Part shown: positions 17,689 through 27,002 of the stretch, one piece after another
Layout: each line of letters starts with the position of its first letter
Numbering within the stretch: the stretch's first letter is position 1
IMG/VR virus record: IMGVR_UViG_3300044729_003129
Coordinates: 64,001 to 128,000 of that record
DNA: 64,000 bases
From: a virus
Strand: one strand, 5' to 3'
Translations under genes and position numbers: made by a program
Notes under the pieces: generated by a model
Database searches by the model: none
What the model was told of the DNA's origin: nothing
The model's input: only the letters and a program-made list of their open reading frames with translations

Positions 17689-17955
17689 TTATTGTGTTAC
17701 AGTTTCTCCTTTAGCAAAATCAAAATTCAATTGATTGTCTGGTTGCTCATCAGAGGTATTAGAGGTTTCTGCATTGCCTTCTTCTTTTGCTGGAATATAT
17801 CCTTTAAGTTTTTCAAAAAGTGTTCCAACAATTTGGAATTCACTCGCTTCAAAACCGCCACGTCGAGATACTGTAGCAATAATGTTATGCATCAAAATAA
17901 GATCACCAAGAGTGATTTCATTTCCAGTTGTTTGTTCAGTTGTTTGTTCTTCCAT
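17689..17955 (-). CDS. hypothetical protein
   Basis: ITLGDL...IIATVSRRGGFEASE..VG.LFEKL. Confidence 0.65.
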   Translation of the reverse strand: MEEQTTEQTTGNEITLGDLILMHNIIATVSRRGGFEASEFQIVGTLFEKLKGYIPAKEEGNAETSNTSDEQPDNQLNFDFAKGETVTQ

Positions 17956-17966
17956 AGTAATATATA

Positions 17967-18641
17967 TTAGTTATTAAACGTTGAAGTTTTTTCCAGAGCA
18001 ATATAGTATTGCACTGGAGTATTTTCATTTTTCCAGTGGCTAATAAGTTTTGACGAGATATTCACCACATAGTCACCAGGAAGCACTTTAAGATTATTAA
18101 TCAAAAATTGCAGGTCAAATGAACCATGTTGTGAGTTGTTCTCATCTAATACCACTGAAAATGTATTTGCTGAAGAGTTTTTAGGATCAACAACAGAAAG
18201 TGTAACAGTTCCGTCTTCGCCTTTCAACGAAACAATTGAATGACCAAGTACTCCAGCTGCTTTACGAACTTGAGAGAGTAGTTCAGAAGTAATGTTTACA
18301 GTTAAATCAGACTGCGGCATATTGATCTTATTCTTAGGACTTGTAAGAATACTTTGATCTGCAAATCGGTAAGAGGCACGAGTACGTCCAGACTTAAACT
18401 GTACACTATCATTTGTAAACTCAAGATCTGGATCCTGAAGTAGCGAAAACATTGAGATAAATTCATTTAGGTCATAGATACCAAAATCAGCAGAGAATTG
18501 TTCAGTAATATCTGCAATTGCCATAATATTTTTGGCTTCAGAAATTGTAGAGAGTGGTTCTCCTGCTTTTACAACAAGATTAGAGTTGATGCCTGAGAAA
18601 TTCTTTAGAATATCAATTGTTTGAGAGGATAGTTTAGTCAT
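17967..18641 (-). CDS. 45: sliding clamp (T4 gp45)
   Basis: LSSQTIDILKNFSGIN, FGIYDLNEF, YYIALE. Confidence 0.96.
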   Translation of the reverse strand: MTKLSSQTIDILKNFSGINSNLVVKAGEPLSTISEAKNIMAIADITEQFSADFGIYDLNEFISMFSLLQDPDLEFTNDSVQFKSGRTRASYRFADQSILTSPKNKINMPQSDLTVNITSELLSQVRKAAGVLGHSIVSLKGEDGTVTLSVVDPKNSSANTFSVVLDENNSQHGSFDLQFLINNLKVLPGDYVVNISSKLISHWKNENTPVQYYIALEKTSTFNN

Positions 18642-18652
18642 AATGTAAGTGT

Positions 18653-18681
18653 ATTATATATCAAAAAAGAGCGAGTGTAAA
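18653..18681 (-). promoter_or_regulatory. early promoter for gene 45
   Basis: TTTACA-N17-TATAAT. Confidence 0.65.
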
Positions 18682-18686
18682 TGCAA

Positions 18687-18986
18687 TTATTTTTGCATTT
18701 GTAATTCATAGTAAAAAAGTATGCATGCCATTGCGTGTGCAGCATGATGCAATCCAGACTCGCGGTCATAGGGCTCTCCTTTGCGGAGAGCCCATAGGTG
18801 TCGTTGAGCGGCGGCGAAATAGCGATTTTCGGCGTCGTCGAGTAGTTTCCAATTATCCCTAGAATATTTGTTTTTGCCGTATGTGAGCGCCTTTACTGTT
18901 TCATCAAGAGCATGCGGAGGAATTAAACTATAGTCGGGTTTTTCCGAATCATATTTAACTCCAACTTCGGCATTTGTTTTTTTCAT
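18687..18986 (-). CDS. dATP/dGTP diphosphohydrolase N-terminal domain (DUF5664-like)
   Basis: GVKYDSEKPDYSLIP, LTYG..KY..DNW, RYFAAAQRHL, D.ESGLHHAAHA. Confidence 0.85.
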   Translation of the reverse strand: MKKTNAEVGVKYDSEKPDYSLIPPHALDETVKALTYGKNKYSRDNWKLLDDAENRYFAAAQRHLWALRKGEPYDRESGLHHAAHAMACILFYYELQMQK

Positions 18987-18989
18987 AGG

Positions 18990-19027
18990 GAAGAAATGCG
19001 GCAACAGCTTTTACACTGTTGCCGCAT
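18990..19027 (-). terminator. probable intrinsic terminator after the HTH gene
   Basis: 12-bp stem ATGCGGCAACAG/CTGTTGCCGCAT followed by TTCTT on minus strand. Confidence 0.6.
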
Positions 19028-19041
19028 ATTTAACTTAGCAA

Positions 19042-19299
19042 TTAGCCGTTCTTACGTGGGGTACCAAGGCGATAGCGATTGATGCGCTCGCCAGTACGGG
19101 TCTTGCGTGGGTTAAGGTAGATTGCAAGACCGTGGTCGTTGCGAAGCGAGCTGATGACGCGACTTGGGTCAGCAATACCAGCCTTACGTGCTTCGGCAGC
19201 GGAGAATTCATGACCTGCTTCAAGGAAAGCAAAGAGAGCTTCCTTTTGAGTCATGTTCTTAACGAGACGTGCCAACTTAGTTGTTTCAATTTTAGTCAT
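19042..19299 (-). CDS. small basic winged-HTH nucleic-acid-binding protein
   Basis: TQKEALFAFLEAG..FSAAEARK.GIADPSRVISSLRNDHGLAIY...RYRLG. Confidence 0.7.
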   Translation of the reverse strand: MTKIETTKLARLVKNMTQKEALFAFLEAGHEFSAAEARKAGIADPSRVISSLRNDHGLAIYLNPRKTRTGERINRYRLGTPRKNG

Positions 19300-19336
19300 A
19301 TTATATGTTTTCTGTTTCAATTATGTTTATTCAGTT

Positions 19337-19378
19337 TTGGTCTATAGATTCATAGTTTAGCGTAGACCAACCGCTAAA
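19337..19378 (-). promoter_or_regulatory. H-type RNA pseudoknot in the leader of the HTH gene
   Basis: S1 TTTAGCG/CGCTAAA, L1=G, S2 TTGGTCTA/TAGACCAA, L3=11 nt. Confidence 0.65.
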
Positions 19379-19382
19379 GTGT

Positions 19383-20558
19383 TTAAAATGGTGGTTCTTC
19401 TGGTGTTTGAGTTTCAGTTGCAGTTGCAGAGGTTGCTTCGGCCTGAATTTGGTTGCTGTCAATCTTGGTATAAAGATCGAGAAATGCTTCACGAGTTTCA
19501 GTTTCAAATCGAGCAATACACATTCCAATTGCAGTCAAACGATCGTGGAAGATGCTATAAGCCTTGACAATATGACACAAGCGACGAGTTGAGATGAGTT
19601 CATCGACCCCTTCCGCATCATATGTTTTGCGGATAACGCTACTCCATGCAACAAGCTTATCAACAAATTCATTGTCATCAACTTTGAAATACTCCATATG
19701 TTTGCTAATGATATTGCGTTCAACCTTGTAAGGAGGATATGGTTGATCAATTGTAGCCACAAATCGTTCAATAAAGGCTTCATCAATAATGTTTGCCGCG
19801 CTGTAGCGGCCATCATCTGACCCCCGGCCCTTGGTGTTTGCAGTAGCAATCACATTGAACCCTTGGGCCGGGGTGACGACTTCACCAACCTTTTTGATTA
19901 GAATTGGCTTACCTTCAAGCACCCCCTGAAGACACATAATCTTATTGCTGCCACGATCAAGCTCATCAATGAGCAAGATACAACCTCGCTCCATGGCTTT
20001 TACCACAGGACCTTTTTGGAATACAGTCTCGCCATTTATCAAGCGAAAACCACCAATTAGATCATCTTCATCAGTCTCAGGGGAGATTTGTACTCGAATA
20101 TACTCGCGTTTGAGTTTGGCGCAAGCTTGTTCAACCATCATAGTTTTGCCATTGCCTGACATACCAGAGATATAGAGCGGAAAAAACATTCGTGATTCAA
20201 TAATTTTTTGAATGGTTTTATATTCACCCCATTTAACAAAGGTATGGTCATTTTCAGGGATAAAGATTTCATCATTCGAGACCGAAGCCACTGCACAAGC
20301 AAGTTTCATTGCATGCTGAGGAACTTGCTGCACTGAGACTGGTGCGGTTGGAATGCTTGACTCTGTATCGAGCAGTCCAGAGATGTCAAATTTACCACGA
20401 CCAACTTTTCGCGCACGCTTGATAAAGACTTCATCAATTTCCCTAAACTTTAGGGAATGGGTCCGGCCAGCGTCAAAAATTGTCTTGCTAGAGACAGATT
20501 TTGGATCATTGTTAGCAAACAATTCTTTGAGGACAGATGCTTTTTGTTCGTTTGTCAT
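19383..20558 (-). CDS. MoxR/CobS-like AAA+ ATPase
   Basis: GMSGNGKT Walker A, LLIDELD Walker B, ETDEDDLIGG, ATANTKG, ISTRRL. Confidence 0.92.
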   Translation of the reverse strand: MTNEQKASVLKELFANNDPKSVSSKTIFDAGRTHSLKFREIDEVFIKRARKVGRGKFDISGLLDTESSIPTAPVSVQQVPQHAMKLACAVASVSNDEIFIPENDHTFVKWGEYKTIQKIIESRMFFPLYISGMSGNGKTMMVEQACAKLKREYIRVQISPETDEDDLIGGFRLINGETVFQKGPVVKAMERGCILLIDELDRGSNKIMCLQGVLEGKPILIKKVGEVVTPAQGFNVIATANTKGRGSDDGRYSAANIIDEAFIERFVATIDQPYPPYKVERNIISKHMEYFKVDDNEFVDKLVAWSSVIRKTYDAEGVDELISTRRLCHIVKAYSIFHDRLTAIGMCIARFETETREAFLDLYTKIDSNQIQAEATSATATETQTPEEPPF

Positions 20559-20595
20559 ATTTTTGTATGTTGTGGTTGCTTTTGCTTACAGGATG

Positions 20596-20660
20596 ATTAT
20601 ACACTAAAATTCACGATTTGTACATAAGAAAATGATAAAAAACTCACTTTTTTCACTTTT
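20596..20660 (-). promoter_or_regulatory. early promoter with A/T-tract UP element
   Basis: TGTACA-N17-TATAAT preceded by AAAAGTGAAAAAAGTGAG. Confidence 0.7.
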
Positions 20661-22938
20661 ATGCAATAAACTCAGCAAATTTATTCAAAAACACTCTAGA
20701 AACACGTTTTTCAGTATTGAATTTAGCAAAATCCTTGGCAATCTTATTTTGTGACGAGTTGTCAGTCACGTCCTTTGAGAAGCCTTCACTCACAAACTCT
20801 TCACCATCTTCGGTAATATCGAGTCCATTTTTAGAGTCAAAGACGAAATATGCATCATAGCCAAATCCATTTTGAATAGCAAGACACTTTTCTTTCCTAG
20901 CAATCTTTTGTAGTGCATTAAACTCGATCACAGCATCTGACCATGAAAGATCACGTTTGCGGCTACGAAGAGCAGTGATGCAGTTATTTTTATAGTCTGA
21001 CTTGTAGTTTGCTACAAAGAAACCAATTACTGTGGTATCACATGTCCTCTTGAGGCTCATGATGAGATCGCGGTAGAGGCTTCGGATAGAGTGATTAGTA
21101 GACATCTCGATATTCTTACCATAGAGTGGCAACACTTTGGTCGCGTTCCAGGGACGAGGGTTTGTGTGTTCATACTCTTCACCTACGTTATTTTTACGAT
21201 AGCGCGGAGGGCATGAATCGCCGTCAGTTAAAAAGATTGTGTTCATCTTTTGAACCTTGTAGTTGTCACGAAAGCGGCGAACAATCTCATGAGCAATAAT
21301 AATAGTTTCATTGAGAGGTGTACCATTCATAACTTCATATTTGCTGTTGAATGCAAGTTCGCCACGACCATAAGAATCACGATAGATAGTCTGAGCTTTG
21401 AGTTCGCGACACGCAGTTTCAAACTCAGAGCGAGCCATGCGTGAGTGCAATAGTTGAAATATGATGGTATCAGAAAAGTCAAGATTGTAGCCAGGCAATG
21501 GACACTGTGATTCACTAGGATTGTGATAGCGACTTGTGAATCCATAGACTTCAAAGGGGATGCCGACCGCTTTACAAAATGTCACAAGTTGAAGAGCCTG
21601 AACGATCACTCGACCTATTGTATCACGCATCGAACCAGAATAGTCGATAAAAAATACCATGCCGTGGTTTTTAGCGTCTGCGAGTCGTGTGACACTCTTA
21701 AAGATCTGATCTTCAAAGCGATAGGAATGCAAGCGATTAACGTCTAGCGCTCCAGTAGTAGACCGAGTTGCCCGGCTATATTGGTATGCTGCCTTGCGAC
21801 GTTCAAACTCTTTGACGAGAATCGCAACATGTTTTTTAGTAGATGCAGCAAACTCTGTCCAGTCTTGAACAACTTGTTCATTTGTCATAATGGCCGAGTA
21901 GCGATATTCATCATGACGACGAGCAGCCATAATCTCTTTTACTGGAATGATAGCTGACATCATGTCCTGGACATAAGGCTTGTTGCACATTATATGAGTT
22001 GTTTCACGAACCTGCATGTCTTGCAGATTTTTTTCAACCTCACGCATGGTTTTAGATTGTAGTTCTTGAACAACTGATGAATGACCTCCCTCATTTCCAG
22101 AGCCTTGTGAATCAGAAGAGTTGTCGTTATCAAGCGGCTTTGAACTCGACATTGGATTTTGGCCCTCTTGATCAGTTTGTTGAGAAGACTGTTCGTCACC
22201 ATTATCTGAAGATTCATTTGAAGATTCGTCTGAAGATGTGTCGCTGTCTCGTTCATTGCCTCGCGAATCTGAATTTGAAGAATCTTGACCTTGTGTAGGA
22301 TCAATCTCGGTGTCATCATCAGTTTTAAAATCTTCAGAGTCTTGGGATTCATGAGACTGCTGTGTCTGTGGTTTTTCTCCTTTGACCATTTCAGCAATGT
22401 CTGCACAAATTTGCAAAACTTCATCGTAAGTATTTGCAGAGAGGCATCGTTTGTAAATATCTGTCTCTTTTTCGTTGAGAGGCACATCTACTAGTTGGCC
22501 GATTTTGGCACGCAAATTGAGGCGATCAGCAAATCCAAGAGTTGATAAGTCAACACCAGAGATTTTAAAAAAGTCTTTTTCGATAAAGTGACGATAACCA
22601 TTTTTAAAAGAGAGAACAAGACCTGGATATGTGTCTCTCACAAGTCGTTCAATACGAACATCTTCAACAATGTTTCCAATATCAAATGGCAGAGTAGGAA
22701 ACTTCTCTTTGAAACGAGTCACTGCATCTGATGGAGTATATAGAGCATGTCCAACTTCATGACCAATAAGTAAGTCAGACACATTCTTATTGTCTGTATT
22801 CCAAGTTGGAAGACCAAGCACACGATTCTTGACATCAAAAAATGCTGTCTTATAGTTGCCAATTGCAACTTGAATGTTCTCTTTAGCCAAGAGTTTGGCT
22901 AGGACTGTTTGACTCTCACGATTTGCTACTGCAACCAT
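20659..22938 (-). CDS. CobT-like protein: HEXXH metallopeptidase-like domain, acidic linker, vWA domain
   Basis: GHEVGHALYT and NIVEDVRIE; IDYSGSM MIDAS, GTPLNE, FLTDG. Confidence 0.88.
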   Translation of the reverse strand: MVAVANRESQTVLAKLLAKENIQVAIGNYKTAFFDVKNRVLGLPTWNTDNKNVSDLLIGHEVGHALYTPSDAVTRFKEKFPTLPFDIGNIVEDVRIERLVRDTYPGLVLSFKNGYRHFIEKDFFKISGVDLSTLGFADRLNLRAKIGQLVDVPLNEKETDIYKRCLSANTYDEVLQICADIAEMVKGEKPQTQQSHESQDSEDFKTDDDTEIDPTQGQDSSNSDSRGNERDSDTSSDESSNESSDNGDEQSSQQTDQEGQNPMSSSKPLDNDNSSDSQGSGNEGGHSSVVQELQSKTMREVEKNLQDMQVRETTHIMCNKPYVQDMMSAIIPVKEIMAARRHDEYRYSAIMTNEQVVQDWTEFAASTKKHVAILVKEFERRKAAYQYSRATRSTTGALDVNRLHSYRFEDQIFKSVTRLADAKNHGMVFFIDYSGSMRDTIGRVIVQALQLVTFCKAVGIPFEVYGFTSRYHNPSESQCPLPGYNLDFSDTIIFQLLHSRMARSEFETACRELKAQTIYRDSYGRGELAFNSKYEVMNGTPLNETIIIAHEIVRRFRDNYKVQKMNTIFLTDGDSCPPRYRKNNVGEEYEHTNPRPWNATKVLPLYGKNIEMSTNHSIRSLYRDLIMSLKRTCDTTVIGFFVANYKSDYKNNCITALRSRKRDLSWSDAVIEFNALQKIARKEKCLAIQNGFGYDAYFVFDSKNGLDITEDGEEFVSEGFSKDVTDNSSQNKIAKDFAKFNTEKRVSRVFLNKFAEFIA

Positions 22939-22947
22939 TGTGAGACT

Positions 22948-23005
22948 ATTCTAGCATAAAAATCGGCACTTGTAAATAAAAAAGTGAAAATTTATGAAAA
23001 AAGTG
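22948..23005 (-). promoter_or_regulatory. early promoter with A/T-tract UP element
   Basis: TTTACA-N17-TAGAAT preceded by CACTTTTTTCATAAATTTTCACTTTTTT. Confidence 0.7.
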
Positions 23006-23042
23006 CGGAAGTTAAGCTACCAAAGACTTCGGGGGCCTTCAA

Positions 23043-24764
23043 TTAGGCCATTTCCTTGATTTTTGTGAAGTTTTTAACCTTTTGGAACTCGATTTTTTGC
23101 TCAAATTTGCCTTCTAATAGATCTTGCTTATGACTAATCACGAATATGCGAGTGTCTGCATCTAATGTACCCATAATTTTAAGTAGGTTGTCAATACCAT
23201 CAGAATCAAGACTTGCGTCAAATACTTCGTCGAGAATGAGTAGATTTGTATTGCTACTATTTTTCATCTTTGCGACTTGTCTCCATGCAAAGAGCAGACT
23301 CAAATCTATTCGTTGTTTTTCTCCTTCACTAAATGAACTATATGAAAAGTCATCGCGATGACGTGAGCGTATCGTCTCTGTAAAATTTTCATCAAGGTTA
23401 AATGAAACAAAAAAGTCAAGAGTTTGCAGATAATGATTGATAAGCTTGTTCATGACAGGAAGATATTGACGAATAATTTTTGTTTTTATTCCAGTGTCCT
23501 TTAAGAGTTCAGCAATAACTTCATTGTACATTCTCTCTTCGAGTTGAGTAGACTTGAGTTCTTGGAGTGTGTCTCTTTCAGAATAGAGAGAATCTAATAC
23601 ATGTTGAGCATCAGCTGTCTCGGACGTCTCATGATGTGTGTTCATAAGTGTGGTCAGGTCAGAGATACGTTTTTCAAATCCAGCGATTAAATTTTGATTG
23701 CTATGTATCTTATTGTGTAATTTATTCAAACGCGCTAACTCAAGTGTTGCTTCTTGAACAGCATCACCAGTTTGCGTCAATGATTCCTTGAGCTTCTCAT
23801 AGCCAGAATTTAATTCTTGCGCGCTATGCCTGCATTGAGAGATTTTATTTTCACGAATGTCATCACTAATGCTTTGATTGCATGTTGGACATTCAGTATG
23901 ATTTTCATAAAACTGCGAGTCAGACACTATCTTTTTGATGTTATCTTTAATTTGTCTCTCGTATGACAGCAACGAAGCTTTTGTTTTTTCATGTCGTTGC
24001 AACTGACTCTGTGTCTTGCCATAGGCATCGCTATACTCTGCGCCTAGCGTCAAATTTTCTGCATTCATAGCAGACACATTGGCTTTAAGACCATCTATCT
24101 CATCAAGATATTTTGCAGCATTGCTCTCATTTAGTTGTTGCAAATGCAGCATATGTTTCTTTTGCAACTCTATCTTTTCCTTTGTAGTAAATAGTTGGTT
24201 TTCTGTGTCCTTTAAATTATCCTTAAGCTTTGCAGTGTTCTCCTTTAACACTGCGTTCATTTTACTAAACACCCCAATATCAAGTAGGTCTTCAATAACC
24301 TCACGACGGTGATGACTGCTAAGTTGCATAAATGGAATAAAGTTGCTGCTACCAAGCACAACAACCTGGTGAAAACTCTTGTGATTCAACTTTAAGATAT
24401 TTGTCTCAAGTAACTTTTGATAGTCACGCGAATGTGACTCTTGATTTATGAGTATTCCGTTTTGCCAAATTTCAAAAATGTTTGGCTTTAGACCACGAAT
24501 AATCTTATATTGTGATGGCCCTAATTTAAACTCAACAGTCACAAGACAATTTTTGCCATTGATGCTATTGATAAGTTGTGGCTTGTTGATGTTACGATGA
24601 GGTTTACCAAAAAGTACAAATGACAGTGCATCAAGCATGAGTGACTTGCCTGAACCATTGTGCCCAACAATAAGCGTTGAACGAGTGCTGTTTAGGTTCA
24701 TCGTAATTTCATTGTCGCCAACGCTTAAAAAATTACGATAACTCAAAGATGTAAAGATAATCAT
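23043..24764 (-). CDS. 46: recombination endonuclease subunit, Rad50/SbcC-like (T4 gp46)
   Basis: GHNGSGKS, CPTC zinc hook, FSEGEKQRID, LILDEVFD, ISHK. Confidence 0.96.
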   Translation of the reverse strand: MIIFTSLSYRNFLSVGDNEITMNLNSTRSTLIVGHNGSGKSLMLDALSFVLFGKPHRNINKPQLINSINGKNCLVTVEFKLGPSQYKIIRGLKPNIFEIWQNGILINQESHSRDYQKLLETNILKLNHKSFHQVVVLGSSNFIPFMQLSSHHRREVIEDLLDIGVFSKMNAVLKENTAKLKDNLKDTENQLFTTKEKIELQKKHMLHLQQLNESNAAKYLDEIDGLKANVSAMNAENLTLGAEYSDAYGKTQSQLQRHEKTKASLLSYERQIKDNIKKIVSDSQFYENHTECPTCNQSISDDIRENKISQCRHSAQELNSGYEKLKESLTQTGDAVQEATLELARLNKLHNKIHSNQNLIAGFEKRISDLTTLMNTHHETSETADAQHVLDSLYSERDTLQELKSTQLEERMYNEVIAELLKDTGIKTKIIRQYLPVMNKLINHYLQTLDFFVSFNLDENFTETIRSRHRDDFSYSSFSEGEKQRIDLSLLFAWRQVAKMKNSSNTNLLILDEVFDASLDSDGIDNLLKIMGTLDADTRIFVISHKQDLLEGKFEQKIEFQKVKNFTKIKEMA

Positions 24765-25825
24765 ATGCCGTCAATTAATTGAGATTCAAGATAGAGTTCT
24801 TGTAGTTTAGATTTTATGCGGGTCTTATCAAGGTCTGTTTCAATAGCATCAACATAACTGTTTAATAAAGAAGAGGTGTCAGATATTTCAATAGATTCAT
24901 CATCGATACTATCAGCAGAATATTCTACAAATGACTCAACTATTTTTAAGTCAAATGGTTCTGCAGTGTTTATTGAGTCAATATACTTATCAAAAGCATA
25001 TGGATCTTTTTTAGATGTGACAACTACCTTTATATATGTTCCAGAGACTTCACTTGGTTCAACTAGGGTGACAGGACCAAGGGTGTCGTCATAGGTCAAT
25101 CTTTTAAAGAGTGAAAGCGGGTTGCGAATCTCTGAAAGTTCACGGGTGTTTGTGTCTAATATATGAAAATATTTGGGGTCATTGCAGTCTGCCCAAGTAA
25201 TCTCATATGGCACACCAAGATAATGAATGTTGCCACGGCTGCTCTTTGTGTGATAGTGACCAGAGAGAACCATTTCATACCGAGAGAACAAATCTGCTGA
25301 CATGCCATGACTGACTGCTGGAGCGCCCTTCATCATCTCAAATCCAGCAAGTTCCAAGTGAGCTCCAATTATTGGTGCGTGCGCTTTTTCAATAAAGGCA
25401 CATGACTCTGCATAATTTTCAGGCGTAATCCATGGCAGCAACGCAACTGAGAGGCCATCATAGTCTCGCACCGTAGGGGACATAATCACATTTACATTCT
25501 TACTATGATATTGCAATAACTCAGTAAGGCTACAAAGTGAATTTGTATTTCTAAAAAATGTGTCATGATTGCCAGGAATAATATCCATGGTCATGCCATA
25601 CTCTTCAAGTTTGTCAAGAAACATGGCTCGGTTACGTGCCAATACTTTGTAGTTAAGATATTTACGATGATCAAAGTAATCACCGAGATGAAGTATCTGA
25701 GTTATGCCCTGAGCCTGACAGGCCGGAAAAAAGACCTCAGAATAGAACCGCTCAGTGTAATCTATAAAGACGTCGCTACCATTTTTAACACCGGTATGGG
25801 TATCAGTAAGTATTGCTATTTTCAT
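24761..25825 (-). CDS. 47: recombination nuclease subunit, Mre11/SbcD-like (T4 gp47)
   Basis: TDTHTG, HLGDYFD, GNHD, SGHYH. Confidence 0.96.
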   Translation of the reverse strand: MKIAILTDTHTGVKNGSDVFIDYTERFYSEVFFPACQAQGITQILHLGDYFDHRKYLNYKVLARNRAMFLDKLEEYGMTMDIIPGNHDTFFRNTNSLCSLTELLQYHSKNVNVIMSPTVRDYDGLSVALLPWITPENYAESCAFIEKAHAPIIGAHLELAGFEMMKGAPAVSHGMSADLFSRYEMVLSGHYHTKSSRGNIHYLGVPYEITWADCNDPKYFHILDTNTRELSEIRNPLSLFKRLTYDDTLGPVTLVEPSEVSGTYIKVVVTSKKDPYAFDKYIDSINTAEPFDLKIVESFVEYSADSIDDESIEISDTSSLLNSYVDAIETDLDKTRIKSKLQELYLESQLIDGI

Positions 25826-26424
25826 GAGATAAAACTGTCAAGAGCACCAATCTTCTGTGATTCTTCTTTGACTTTTTTCTGTGCGCGTGGCTTTTCACTT
25901 GTCTCAGCAACTTCGTTACTTTCTTTGTAAAAAGCGTCATTACGCTGGCGCATCTTTTCAACAAGTGATTCACCATAGTCTGAATCGTCTTCAAACTCAG
26001 CAAAGTTTCCAATGCCACCTTTTTCGATTAGTAGTTGCTTGATATCAGCCTGCTTCTTTTCTTTTGCAATACGACGTAAAAACGCATACCATGAAATTTG
26101 TGTAAAATATGAAAATGCATTTGGATTGCCAGTGCGCGTTGGCTTATTGATGTCATAATTCATAATGGCCTTGATACAATTTTCTACTGCATCCATAACC
26201 ATGTCTTCACGATAACTATAATTCATAAAGTTTGGGCTGCGTGACAGTCCGTTTGCAATCTTCATAAAGCATTCACCAATATAGTTGGTAATTTGTCGAG
26301 GTTCTCGACCACTTGCTTTATCCTCTGTAACTGCACTTACATACTCAACAACAGCAGTAGAGAAATCTTTATTGTTGACATAGTCATCACCGCGTGATTT
26401 TCGTTTTGTCTTTTCAGTTTTCAT
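25822..26424 (-). CDS. 55: late-transcription sigma factor (T4 gp55)
   Basis: YVNNKDF, YIGECFMKIA.GLS..PNFMNYSYREDM, NAFSYFTQI, AFLRRIAKEKKQ; start set at MKTEKT. Confidence 0.95.
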   Translation of the reverse strand: MKTEKTKRKSRGDDYVNNKDFSTAVVEYVSAVTEDKASGREPRQITNYIGECFMKIANGLSRSPNFMNYSYREDMVMDAVENCIKAIMNYDINKPTRTGNPNAFSYFTQISWYAFLRRIAKEKKQADIKQLLIEKGGIGNFAEFEDDSDYGESLVEKMRQRNDAFYKESNEVAETSEKPRAQKKVKEESQKIGALDSFIS

Positions 26425-26430
26425 AGCTTC

Positions 26431-26458
26431 ATTATATACTATATTTTGCAAATGTAAA
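26431..26458 (-). promoter_or_regulatory. early promoter for gene 55
   Basis: TTTACA-N16-TATAAT, ATG 6 nt downstream. Confidence 0.6.
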
Positions 26459-26488
26459 TACTTTTTTACATCTATGTGAATTTTGTTA

Positions 26489-26517
26489 TTTACATAGATT
26501 ATAAAAGAGTGTATAAT
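26489..26517 (+). promoter_or_regulatory. plus-strand (divergent/antisense) early-type promoter
   Basis: TTTACA-N17-TATAAT on + strand; only a 3-codon ORF follows. Confidence 0.5.
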
Positions 26518-26540
26518 AATCTATGATTGTTTGATAGTCA

Positions 26541-27002
26541 TCATACATTCTTCCAACGATCTAAGAAAATATTCCATAATTCTTCGTCAGACTGTGATTC
26601 TTCTGGTGGATCAATTTCAGGAATGGGATAATTTAAATCTTCTGATTCATCCAATTCATTCTCATCTGTTTCTTTAGAAGAATTGGACATCAAGTGAAGT
26701 AGTCTCTGATATATAAGTGCTTCTGTATATTTACGTTTAACCTCATCAGATGTATCAGATTCTGTTTCAATACTACGATCATAGACAATACAATTTTCAC
26801 TGTCATTCCCAGCTACAAGTGGTAGCATTACTTGGGTATAGACTCCAGACTTTACAAGTGCTTTTCTTATTTCTAGTGGATAATTTAACTGTATGCCATC
26901 TTCATAGGCATGCACAACTTCTCCTATAAGAACTTTACCACTCGACAATGTAAAGACCCGTATGTCAAGATCTTTTACTTTTGAATATAAGCCATCAATC
27001 AT
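26541..27002 (-). CDS. hypothetical protein between uvsW and gene 55
   Basis: ORF; beta-rich N-terminus (IRVFTLSSGKVLIGEV), acidic tail. Confidence 0.65.
   Translation of the reverse strand: MIDGLYSKVKDLDIRVFTLSSGKVLIGEVVHAYEDGIQLNYPLEIRKALVKSGVYTQVMLPLVAGNDSENCIVYDRSIETESDTSDEVKRKYTEALIYQRLLHLMSNSSKETDENELDESEDLNYPIPEIDPPEESQSDEELWNIFLDRWKNV

Noticed and set aside
22060-22380. Low-complexity S/D/N/Q stretch as a possible repeat element
   Set aside because: It is the acidic linker typical of CobT-like proteins, between the peptidase-like and vWA domains
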